Below, one piece after another: positions 52,401 through 62,518 of a stretch of 64,000 nt of DNA (its first letter is position 1; each line of letters begins with the position of its first letter). The position numbers and the translations under genes were made by a program. The DNA lies in contig NC_134477.1 of NCBI RefSeq assembly GCF_964194025.1, positions 26,970,001 through 27,034,000 of the forward strand, in the 5' to 3' direction. The notes below the pieces were generated by a model that saw only the letters and a program-made list of their open reading frames with translations, had not been told where the DNA came from and made no database searches. Source of the stretch: Convolutriloba macropyga (Eukaryota).

Positions 52401-53327
52401 ACAGTTTACATCAAAACTCTTCGCAGACATGTGCAATAGGCTGCTTTTGACGCCTTCCAGATCTACTCCTTACCACCCACAAGGAAAAGCCAAGGTCGAG
52501 CGCATTAATCGCACCTTGGAAGATGGCCTAGCAAAGTATTGAGAAGAGCGGCACCTAGTTTGGTCTGTTCATTTGCAATCTTTCATGGTGGCGTACCGGT
52601 CGGCAGTCCACGAATCAAACGGTCAATCGATTGTTTTTCGAGAGAAATGCGCATGCCCGTCGATATCTAATGTCCGACGTTGCCACCCCACATGTTGGTC
52701 ACAGAGATTACGTTTTCCAGCGCTTAGTAGAAGCTTCTTCAATATTTGAGTCAGTAATTGAGAAAGATTGCTGGGAAATGCGGCGACAAAAAGCCATTTT
52801 CGACAAAAGCGTAGTCCTTCATATAAGGAGGGCGATCTGGTGCTTATACATTCACCAATTTTTACTCAAGGACAGACCCCGAAGCTTAAAAGTTTCTGTT
52901 CAGGGCCCCATTGCATTACAAAGGTGATAAAGTAAATCAAATTGTTCTGAGTGATGTAAAAATTCACAAGCAGCAGATCGCCCACTGCGATCGTATTAAA
53001 CCTTATGCGACTCCTGATCAGCGACTCCGCAAAAAGCGCGCGAACCATCAAAATATTAAAAAGACGCACCAACCAGTCCCGGTAGATGATAATGATCTTG
53101 TATTCCTTGATCTGACGGACTCCGACGTCCCGACCCAACATGCTGCACAGGCTCCAAGAGAACCTGCTAGCTCTTCCATTACGTCGCCATCAAATTTTTC
53201 ACCAAATCAAAATAGTTGTAGTTCGCCGATAATTCCTCAAAGATCACATAGAGCTGCCGCTGTTCACGCACGCCATCCAGAGTTTTTTCGATTGGCATAT
53301 TTTGATTCAGAGAGTGATATTGAATAA
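49500..53327 (+). pseudogene. pol: pol pseudogene (protease, RT, RNase H, integrase)
   Basis: ALIHSGAAISVI (protease, catalytic Asp appears as His); RLVIDYRKLN, DLCSGFHQ, MPMGLCSAPGAFQR and YLDD; CTDASITGIGAVLSQ and NYSATKREL; HDSPASGHLG...YWPG; DHFTRW, IHSDDGSQF and YHPQGKAKVER; GP(H) motif near 52900. Multiple stops and frameshifts. Confidence 0.95.
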
Positions 53328-55200
53328 TGTGTTTAGACGCGTCGGTTGACACAATTTTTTTGTGGTTGAGCTTGTTAACAACTGGGTCTTCTACTTTAGT
53401 GGGGTATAATATCGAACAAGTCCTCACCACAAAAATCTTCTCGCTTCTTCCGAGTGAACAGTGCACTCCTGTTAAACTGAGCACGAAGAACATTTCTTCC
53501 GGTGGCTTCATACTCCACGCGCCTGAGGTTGACATTCAAATGAGTTTTTGCATGTTTCAAGCTTCCTACGCTGTAACTGGCCTAGCTCATTCGGCCCGAT
53601 TTGACGACTCCGTTTACCTGAAGAAATAATCGCGTTTGGTTCCCACATATTATGCATTAGAAACATGGGTTTGTAGGGCCAATTGGAGCGGTCGCAGTTT
53701 CAAGCTCCCAATTTTTGATGATGAAAAATTCAAAATGACAGAAGAAGATCTTTTTTTTGAAGGACAGTCATATAAACCAGGCAAATTCAAGGTTTTTGAC
53801 TACTCCTACTCTTTCCTACGTGGTGGAAAAAAAGGTGGAATTTGCTCCGCTTGGCCTGTTGACTGAGTAACACCAGGGGGATCCAAAATTGATGCCTCGG
53901 GTGTCATCAGTGCAAAACTGACTATCGGAAAAGTTGTTGCTACACTAGACAAAACCAGTAATCCCTGGTCTTTAGTCATGACTACCCTAACGAAAGATTA
54001 ACGAGCAGTTTTCCGGGATCTGACTTCCAGCATGATTCAATCACTTACTTACCGCATTTCTACGGTCAATGTGAGATCAAATCAATTTTCGAGTTCTCAC
54101 CTGATCAACTAGGGCTTCACATCTCGTCGGCTGACTCCATGTACTTGAGTGGAAAAACAGCCTCAACGGATAATTCTCGTGTGTTTTACATAGAGCTCCT
54201 TAACACAACTGTAACCGTCTGCTCGTATAAAGTTCGTCAGACAACCTACTCTGTTGTTCATTTTGTAATAGCACCGATAACTGAGCACATTCCCGAAATT
54301 GATTATAACACCGATACCATAACAAACCTCGTATCTGGCACAAAAATTGAGTTTGTTCACGTCAATGCGCATCTTTCGCCTCAACGTATTGTCCAACGAT
54401 AATCCAAATCTTTTTCTAGGATCAGGGTCAATAGTCCGCAAACATGCAGAAAAAGTGGGTGCTGTTTTATTTGTGCATAAATGCATACAAGTTGAAGCCG
54501 GAATTGCAGACTTTCCGTACTGCACAGAGGAGGTTCCTGTTTTACTGGGTAACGAAACTCAAATTCGCTTCATGAACCCTATTACACAGGTTGTTTACCC
54601 AAACTATACGCTAACTGCTTGCGATCCCATAGCGGCATATATGTATTGCACTTTGGAAGGCATTTGGATGCACTACGGGGATGACTACCCAATCGCACGT
54701 CCTACTGAGTCTCTGAGTGTTTTCAGTCACTTAGATTTCAGTGAAAAATTACCCTCTACACACCGCTAGCCTCTTTTCATACCAAAATTTGAGACAAAGC
54801 GCTAAATCTCGAATACTGAAATACTCACCACGTACCATTTTGGGAAGAGAGGTTTACCTTGGTCCCAATAGTCAATATTCCCATCCAGGTTTCATACACT
54901 TCAACCCTAGTATTTCCGGCGAGTTGGAAGGTTTTGTGGCGTGGAAGTAATTGATTGATTCGCTTTCGGTTGCAAGTGGTGGCTGGTATTACGCCGAAAG
55001 GTGTACTGCAATTACTTTGACAGTTTTTGCACTACTTCTGTTGATCATATATGTCTCGAAGCTCATTTTTGCTCTATGATTGCTTTCTCATGGCGTGCCG
55101 TTTTGGACTGTTTTCAAGCTTCTCAACCCAATTGCGCCTTTCACACAAATGCTCCAGAATCATCTTTGGAGCTTTAATACATCCGCGCCTGCAAATCATA
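53327..55200 (+). pseudogene. env: env pseudogene resembling chuvirus/Monjiviricetes-type fusion glycoprotein
   Basis: Signal-peptide-like N-terminus, then VGYN...FSLL----C; CSYKVRQT; TKIEFVH; GAVLFVHKCIQVE...CTEEVPV...FMNPITQVV...CDPIAAYMY...GIW; C-terminal hydrophobic segment (CTAITLTVFALLLLIIYVSKLIFAL, ~55000-55075); several N-X-S/T sites. 3' end approximate. Confidence 0.75.
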
Positions 55201-55450
55201 ACGAGGATCATTTTTGAGTGAGACCATTGAACCTGTTGATAATCGGACGCTTGTGGTTGATTTAATTTATCCGTCGAATAATCTAGCATATACGTGCTAT
55301 ACAACAAAAATTTAAGGCAAAGAAATGGTTCTCTCTTTCCGCGAAAAAATTCTATTAAACGAATACTTGACAAAAAAAATTTTGACTTTGTTGCATCTTT
55401 CAACCCTCATGAAAAACAAGCTTGAAATTTTTAATAACTGCGTGTTTCAG

Positions 55451-56450
55451 ATATCAAATGGCAACGATGATGTTAGTGTTTCGCCTGCATCTCCAGGCCC
55501 TGAAATCCTCCTCGACCCCGACCTTCTCTCTGGTGCTTCTTCGCCAGTTCTCACCCTCAATGACAATCCTATGGAATCTAATCTCAATAAGGGAGTCACT
55601 GGCAACTGGGCCAGTGATCAGTCCTTGGAGTTCAGGGAGAGTCTCGCAAATGGCGGACAGAAATCTGAGCCTCCCTCCTCTGCTTTTTCGGACGAGATGA
55701 CGGTTTTTTTGCCCGAAGTCTGCTGCAAAAATTCCTGTTGTTCAGCCTATATCTTAATCCACCGCCCCTACGGTCTCGTCCAGTAGTCCTCAAGAGGACC
55801 GATCTCAAAGACAAACCATGGGTCCTCCTCGGAATGCTCCTATTCGAGTGAACGGAATGGCCTACTCGCGGAGCCTGAACGCTGTGTTCCGGGTCGTCGA
55901 GTTCTATCGCAATGGTAGAATTCGACTTCAAGACCCGTACAATGCACGACGCAGACCGCTTTTGTACCCGATTGACCTCGTTGCGGTTCCCTTGGACAAC
56001 GTTGCGGAGCACCGCGATCTTCGGGATCAAATCCAACGTTTACGTCGTTCTCGAGATGCACATGAACGTGATCTCTACGACGCCACTGAGTAACTAGATA
56101 AATCAAAAATTCGCGTGTCCAAGTTGAATCAAATGTTGGAGGACTCCCGCACTGCCAACAGTTTGCTGTCCGCGGAGGTTGTCAATCTCGAAAAAAGGCA
56201 ACCGAAGCGCCCGAAGGCTCCTAGAGTCCAGAATGCAGGAGTCAACACGGACTCTGGGTCTTTGCACGAGCAGTGCTCCACCACTTGCCGTCATCTAAGA
56301 GCCCTCCAACGAGATGTTCGTTCCCTGCGGTGCGAAGTCCTTCGCGGAGCTCACAGTTCAGCCAACAAAACCAAAAAACTTAAGAGAAAACCCCGCTCGC
56401 GTTCTTCGAGCTCTTCCACGTCCTCTTTCTCTGGCTCTGCGACAGAGTAG
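55451..56450 (+). pseudogene. Orphan fourth ORF of the Gypsy element (~330 codons, interrupted)
   Basis: ORFs 55818-56093 and 56115-56450 share a frame, split by one TAA. The upstream acidic Ser/Pro-rich part is in another frame (inferred frameshift near 55700). The region is GC-richer than its flanks and has coiled-coil-like and basic segments. Confidence 0.6.
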
Positions 56451-56475
56451 ATGGAGATGATGACATGTCCTTCCT

Positions 56476-56486
56476 AAGCGGGTTGA
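56476..56486 (+). promoter_or_regulatory. Degenerate polypurine tract
   Basis: AAGCGGGTTGA directly before the TG of the 3' LTR. Confidence 0.5.
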
Positions 56487-56922
56487 TGTAGCACCCCCCT
56501 TCCCTAGGCAACCTTCGGGCAAATATTTCATCAGTTGACCTTGAGTTTATCTTTAAGCTTATCTGTTTTATTTTACTTATTAGAATAGCTAATTCGTTCA
56601 TGATTGGTAGGAGTGTAAAATCTTGTGAGAGCTTGATAACTGCGTTGGCCTAATTGTTTCCAACTTTCGCTTAACGATATTATAATCTGTAAATCCAGAA
56701 TCAAGCAAACTTCTTGAGAACTCTAAATTTGTGTCATCGACTTTGAACCTAAATTAATACATTTTTGTGAAGCGAAATTTTGTTAAATTCTCAGATCGGA
56801 AAATATCAATAGGTGAGATCAGTTCCACAGTAATAAAATTACAAAACTTAAACTAAAAAACAACCCAATTGCGAATCCCGTTTTTAACGCAGTGTTTTCA
56901 TATAATAATCCGGGTTGTTACA
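56487..56922 (+). repeat. 3' LTR of the Gypsy element
   Basis: TGTAGCACCCC...GGGTTGTTACA, followed by the TSD ATAA. Confidence 0.95.
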
Positions 56923-57579
56923 ATAATAACAATATAATAATATAATAAGAATGATAACTATAATAATCAGTAAAACCAATCTGGAAAAACCCAATTAAAT
57001 CCGCCAGTACATAAAACCAAGCTTGTCTACACCATACATTGCTCTGCTGAAAACAAAGAAGAGCTTTTGCAATTGAAGTTAAAAGGTTCTTGTAAAATGG
57101 AACAACCCATTTTTGTTTTAAAGGGCTTTTATACAACCAAAACAGTTGTTTAAAATCTTGAGTACATATTTTCTCTTCTATTAAACTGGAAAAAAAAATC
57201 AGCTGAAAGTTAATGTGTTATGGCGATGAATTGCTAATGTTCTCAACTAAAATCGTTACTGCAGCTCAGGGTTGAAAGTTTCATTGCGAAACCAGCAAAA
57301 ATCCACTTCAAATGAGTCCAACTTTTTCGTAACTGTTGCTCCCAAACTGAGATGGTTCAAATCGAAAAATGCCGTCTAATGATTATACTGTCCTGATAAA
57401 GCCAAACAACAGCCAGCCTTTTGCGTCGTTTTTCTCAAGAGCAAGAAAAATTGATTTTCTCGTGGGCTGTAATGAAGAAGTGCAAGACCTTTTTGGAGTT
57501 TGACAACCTCATGCGGTCTCGGGAAAGAGCCCAGACTCTTTAAATGCCTCCTGTTTGTTTGTATCGATAAGTAGTCACC

Positions 57580-57710
57580 CTAGAACATCCATATATGGAA
57601 AAGTAGTCAGAAATCCAATTTATGGAAAGATTGTAGTCTTAGAACTTCCATTTGGGAAAAAAAGTATTAGTTATAGAACTATCAATTATGACAAAGTTGT
57701 AGTTTTACCA
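57580..57710. repeat. Degenerate ~30-33-bp tandem repeat (~4 copies)
   Basis: TAGAAC-TCCA--TATGGAAA---GTAGT-like units. Confidence 0.5.
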
Positions 57711-58277
57711 ATATTTTATAACTTTTTGATTTACGGAGTCAATATGCTCCATAATATGAAAGTTCTGTGATAACAAAAATTTGTCAAACCGGGTATGTCC
57801 ACGATTTTTCAGTGCATATTTATCTTAAAATCCGAATAATGCGCTAAAATTGTGTACGAAAATTTGTGAATGGGCTGACAAGCGCATAGACACATTCCTC
57901 AAAACTCAGTCGCTCTTACGACCATTTGTTTTTTATGAACATCAGTAAAATCCAGGTTAGGCTTGTTTTGGTTGAAATTGAGCTATCAATTTCTGCCGCT
58001 GAATCATGTCGTTGTTTCTCATGTCACTTGGTTAGTAATTAGTCATAAGTAACACCTGTCAGGAAATGTCAATCATCTGCTTGCCTTAAACAATAAAAGG
58101 CTGTGCCTTATTCCTTTTTGAATTCGAATATATCTTGGAAAACTCAATTCTTTTTTTAACTGTAGTTTTTAATGTTCAGTTTGTTTTAATCGCATTATAC
58201 GATATTTCCACTTCGAATTATTCTTGTTGAATTGTAAAGACGATATTTGAACTCGAGTTATTTTTTTCATTTTGCAG

Positions 58278-58445
58278 ACAGATTAAACAGCATAAGGCGA
58301 CACTCATTTCCGCTTCGCTTATCACTATTACGTCATATTTCGCTCAGAATACTGCGTGACAGTCAGTTCAGGCGCTCAACTGGCCAGCTGCCTTTTTGGC
58401 ATAATCCGTTTATCTATACGTTCCTAGCCATTCTGGTATTCATAG
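58278..58445 (+). CDS. Candidate internal exon (168 bp) of a host membrane-protein gene
   Basis: Acceptor ttttcattttgcag, donor AG|GTAC; one open frame ending FIYTFLAILVFI. Confidence 0.35.
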
Positions 58446-59985
58446 GTACTTTTTTCTGAGGTGGGGGAATAAATAATTTTAACAAAGCTAAAATTAAACA
58501 GCGGTTGTTCAGAAAGCAGGAAAGAAACAACTGCAACAAAAAGTCTTCAAATTTTTTCTCAGTTGTAACTATTTTTTATTGATGACGTTCCAAATAATGT
58601 CTTAAATGTTGCCTTTTCTGTTTGGATGAAAACGATTTTGATTTTAGTCAGCCCAAGTCGCAGCTTTTCCAGAAAGTCCTCTATGTCGTCTAATTTTTGG
58701 TTCACTCAAAAAAATTTCGGCTAAGTGTATAATTGACAAACTTATCAGTCTGAAAATATGTAGCTGAAGGCAGTGATTTGATTATTTTTAGTCTGGCGTT
58801 CAGATTTTTTCCTCTTTCACTAGCATTCCCTTGAAAATATTTCCTATCCCTTTTTTATCTTAATACAAACAATAGCCTGTTGATGAATCATTCTTCCCCC
58901 TCTCTCATTGACTAATATATAAGTGACTTTCGCTGGTTAAATTTTATAAATGCACTTATTTGTAGAAAGACATCATTTAAACTGATATATTACATTAAAA
59001 ACTTATATAAAAACCAAAAAAAAACTCAAAAACAGTTGCTGCCAAGAAAACTTGAAAGGAAAATTTGCAACCATAAAATTAAACAATGTTTCTTTCATTT
59101 GCCGCATGGAAAATTCGACTTTGAAGCTGGTTACATTTTCCACTTTAAATATTTATTCTACAAGAGTCCTTCTAATAAGCCAGCGGGAAATCACACAGTC
59201 AGATTTAGCTAGACACCAAATAACAGGATAAGATTTGCTACGCCGTAAGTAAACTTACATTAATGTTATATTAAACGTTAGCAAAGGAAACAGTTATATT
59301 TTAGGGTGCGCTATTGCCTAGTACTTTCATAAAATTCTGCGTTTTAACTAGTGTACAAAAACAGAAAATAGTTATTTTAGGATTTTTTCTTAAATAAGGA
59401 CCTACCAAAGGTAGTGAGTGATTCGAACCCATTTTGTTGGTGGTATTTGTAAAACTGGGCATATTTTCTTTCTGATAGTTTATTTGATATTTGTTCGAAA
59501 TTCTTGGCGACGAAAGAAGTTGATATATCGCCATGAATTTGTCCTGAGTTTTGTGAAATAACTCAGTGAAAGCATTTAGTCTGTTATTGCGAGTTATTTC
59601 ACACGCTTCCAATTCGCATTTTCAGGTGTGTTGATTGATCAAGCATTTCCTGGCTGGCACCTGAAAAACACGTGAACTGTTTTGGTTTATATTTTGACTA
59701 GCAAGAAATATTTTAACCAATCTTTGCCAGTTCTAAAAGAGACTGTCTCTTTTTGCCGAAAAATCATTAAACCGAAGAGCCATTATCACCTCCAGTCTAA
59801 ATTTAATACCACAAATTCAAGAAAATCGACGCCAATTTAGCGGTCTCTATATTTTTTAACTCGATTGTGAATAATTTTGAATTTTGTGAACGTGTTAAGC
59901 TATAACAGTCAAAATATTTTCTTTACTACTTTTCGGCTGAGCAAATGTTAGGAATACTTGACACCGCCTGATAATAATTGAGCAG

Positions 59986-60200
59986 AGTTACCTAAATGCG
60001 TCTTACCACCTGGCGTTGGACATTATTGCTATTTTGGTGATTACTCTTGTTATATTCCAAACACATAGAGAGGGAAAAGAAATAGTTAATCTAGTGCCTC
60101 GGAATTATTCCACTAAGTTTATATATTACAACGAACCTGGTTCCAAAAGTCTCACATTTGGCGGAATTCTCTCAAATTGGGCTTATATTACGCAACAGTG
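59986..60200 (+). CDS. Candidate internal exon (215 bp) with a hydrophobic segment
   Basis: Open frame SYLNASYHLALDIIAILVITLVIF...NWAYITQQ; strong donor TG|GTAAGT; weak acceptor. Confidence 0.4.
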
Positions 60201-60409
60201 GTAAGTTTGCATAGATTTGGTCAATTTTTAGAGCGTTTGAATTTTTTCTTGCTTGCATCTCTTTACTTGTTGCTTTTATTTTACATCGTGGTTTAACTCC
60301 TCTAGCCTAGTATACGCCGAGCAAGTAGAGTTTGTGGTCAAACTACATCAACTGGTCATCATTCTGCATGGTCAAACTACAACTTACCCGGGTTGCTCAT
60401 CGTAGAAAA

Positions 60410-60509
60410 TTCTTAGTAGTCATACAAGGATCGTACTAGGAAATACGTTATGATTTGTATTGACATCATATGACTACTCATCATATGATCCTTGTATGAC
60501 TACTCAGAA
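60410..60509. repeat. Inverted repeat / small palindromic element relic
   Basis: AGTAGTCATACAAGGATC (60415-60432) and its exact reverse complement (60487-60504), extendable to ~26 bp with 2 mismatches. Confidence 0.75.
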
Positions 60510-60996
60510 GTGGCACTTGTGTTTCGTAGCACAAATTTTCGGGATGCTTCTTGCACGCAAGCAAGCAGAAAACAAACATTAAACCAAACTTCGTTGTCAA
60601 ATGAAGAAAAATGATCTTGTGTCACTTTCACTACCCGGATTCTAGTCCCGTATCATATCAGTCCTGAAACATTGTAATCCAATTGTATAGCGTCGGCCCA
60701 GTACTGTATCAGTATATTCTAATAGTATATTGCTACCTCATTATGTGCAGTCTGTTCGCATAGATACTTTTTCTGAAAATAGACTGAGCATCCTTGGTTT
60801 TGATTCCCATGATGTTTATAGCAAAATCATGAAAAAATATGAAAATTTCGAAAAAATGTTTTTGAGCATGATGATGACAAAAGCTGTTAAAATGTTGCAA
60901 AACATATTAACCTTAGAAAAAATCCGCCAAAACCAAATACTACGCTAGCGTTCACAGACTATTTTAAGAACTACTGGATGAACTATTCTCTACCAG

Positions 60997-61054
60997 GTGT
61001 ATCTTTGGTGGCCTCTTAGCAGCCATTGATTTTGTCTGCCCGCCCATTTTATGA
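60997..61054 (+). CDS. Candidate terminal coding exon
   Basis: Acceptor tattctctaccag; phase-compatible with the previous exon, giving W-CIFGGLLAAIDFVCPPIL-stop. Confidence 0.3.
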
Positions 61055-61947
61055 TAAGCTCCGCAATAATCGTTATGAATCAATATTTTGCTCTCACTAC
61101 AACAGTTCATGCATAGAAATTGTTTCACGCTGTTCTCTGGTTAGGAGCGTTAGGGTAAAAGTAGTGATGTTCATCTTTTCAAACTGAGGTATAAGTATGA
61201 ATATTAAAATAGCGTCCTTCTGTTCCTTGTACAAGTTCAACGTTGGTAAGTTCGGGACATTACCTCGTGTGAGCAATGCTGCGGGTTCATTTATTGATTT
61301 TTACCATGAAGTATTGAAGGTATTGTTCTGATTATAAATGGTTATTACTGGTTATCAGATGGTGGATAAGGTAGTTAGTCTTTTGTTATATCTAAAGTGG
61401 TTATCACTCATTTGGAATGCTAACGCCCTCTTTCTTCAGCTCTGTTATATTGGTTGGGAAAGTTGACTCGTTTATATCCTTTGCATTTCACATTGAAAGT
61501 GGTTAATAGCAAAATCACTAAATTAGAGTAACCCAAAAGAAGTAAAACAGGTTTGCTCAAAGGTTAGTAATTTACAAATTCGTAATGATTGAAAGTCTTT
61601 TTTTACCCACCCATATGTTGAGAGTATCAGCTCCATGACTCGACATTGTGATTCAACCACTTTTTTGTACCTCACACATTTATCTATAGGAATTTTCAAA
61701 TAGCAGCTTTTTAAAGATAAATAGGCTGGTTAGCGCTCAATTAAGCTGGTTGATCTGCGCTCATTCAAGATGCTTGATCTGCGCTCAATTTAGCCGGTTC
61801 ACCTTCAAAGATGTTTTGAATGCTTTTTTCTTTTCTACGACTGAGTATTTTCGCAAACAACTGAATTTTCAAAAACAAGTTAAAGTTTCTTTTTGTTGCA
61901 ATTTCATTTCCTTGCTTCGTTATCTTGTCGAAGAGGGATGGAAAACG

Positions 61948-62518
61948 TGTTGACAGCAATCACTGCCGTGTTGGTCTTGAGTCAATAAAGTAGAAAAACG
62001 AACGAGTGAGAGTTATGAGAAAAGAAAATAAATAACAAAAACTGCCTGCGTGCCACAAGAATTGCAGATTGAAAACTTTAAAAGTCTGAAAGCCACTTGA
62101 GGGCACAAGACAAATATTGAAGGTGTAGTTGATAAAACAATCTACCGTTCAAAGTTTCCATTCATCGTAAAGAAACGTGTTATTATAACAAAGCAACGTA
62201 TAACTGAGAACAAACAATCCAACAACGTATAAGCATTACAAAGGCCAGAGTGACCAGCGAGACTTAGACGGCAAGGTTTTGTTGATGCTCTTTTAACGGT
62301 TTTTGTCTGATGTTATTGACGTCAAAAGGGGTTCATAATCGGTCAGCAATTCTTTAAATAAACTAAAAATAAAAAGGTGGTTATTAAAGTGGTTATATTT
62401 ACTGAAAATTAGCTTAAACGAACTTTGTCTGGCTTCAACACATAAAAAGGAACAATTTGTGGGCGTAAATAAATACTCGATTCTGATTGGCTAATATTCT
62501 TTCATTTACTTAGTAACA
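61948..62518 (-). repeat. Putative 3' LTR of a BEL/Pao element
   Basis: On the minus strand, purine-rich GGGTCGGAGGA precedes TGTTAC (62518), with a likely end at TCAACA (61948). The partner LTR lies outside the window, so the left boundary is tentative. Confidence 0.55.

Larger units (their letters stand above)
47484..56922 (+). mobile_element. Full-length decayed Ty3/Gypsy LTR retrotransposon with env and an extra ORF (endogenous metavirus-like)
   Basis: Two ~437-bp LTRs; 4-bp TSD ATAA (47480-47483 / 56923-56926); domain order gag-PR-RT-RH-IN, then a glycoprotein-like ORF and an orphan ORF. Confidence 0.95.

Noticed and set aside
55715-55745. Cys cluster CCKNSCCS as a metal-binding motif in ORF4
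   Set aside because: Probably an off-frame reading after a frameshift; the downstream ORF4 frame reads PKSAAKIPVVQPIS, which fits the surrounding composition better.
55632-56106. Antisense ORFs within the ORF4 region
   Set aside because: Likely shadows of GC-rich sense coding sequence.
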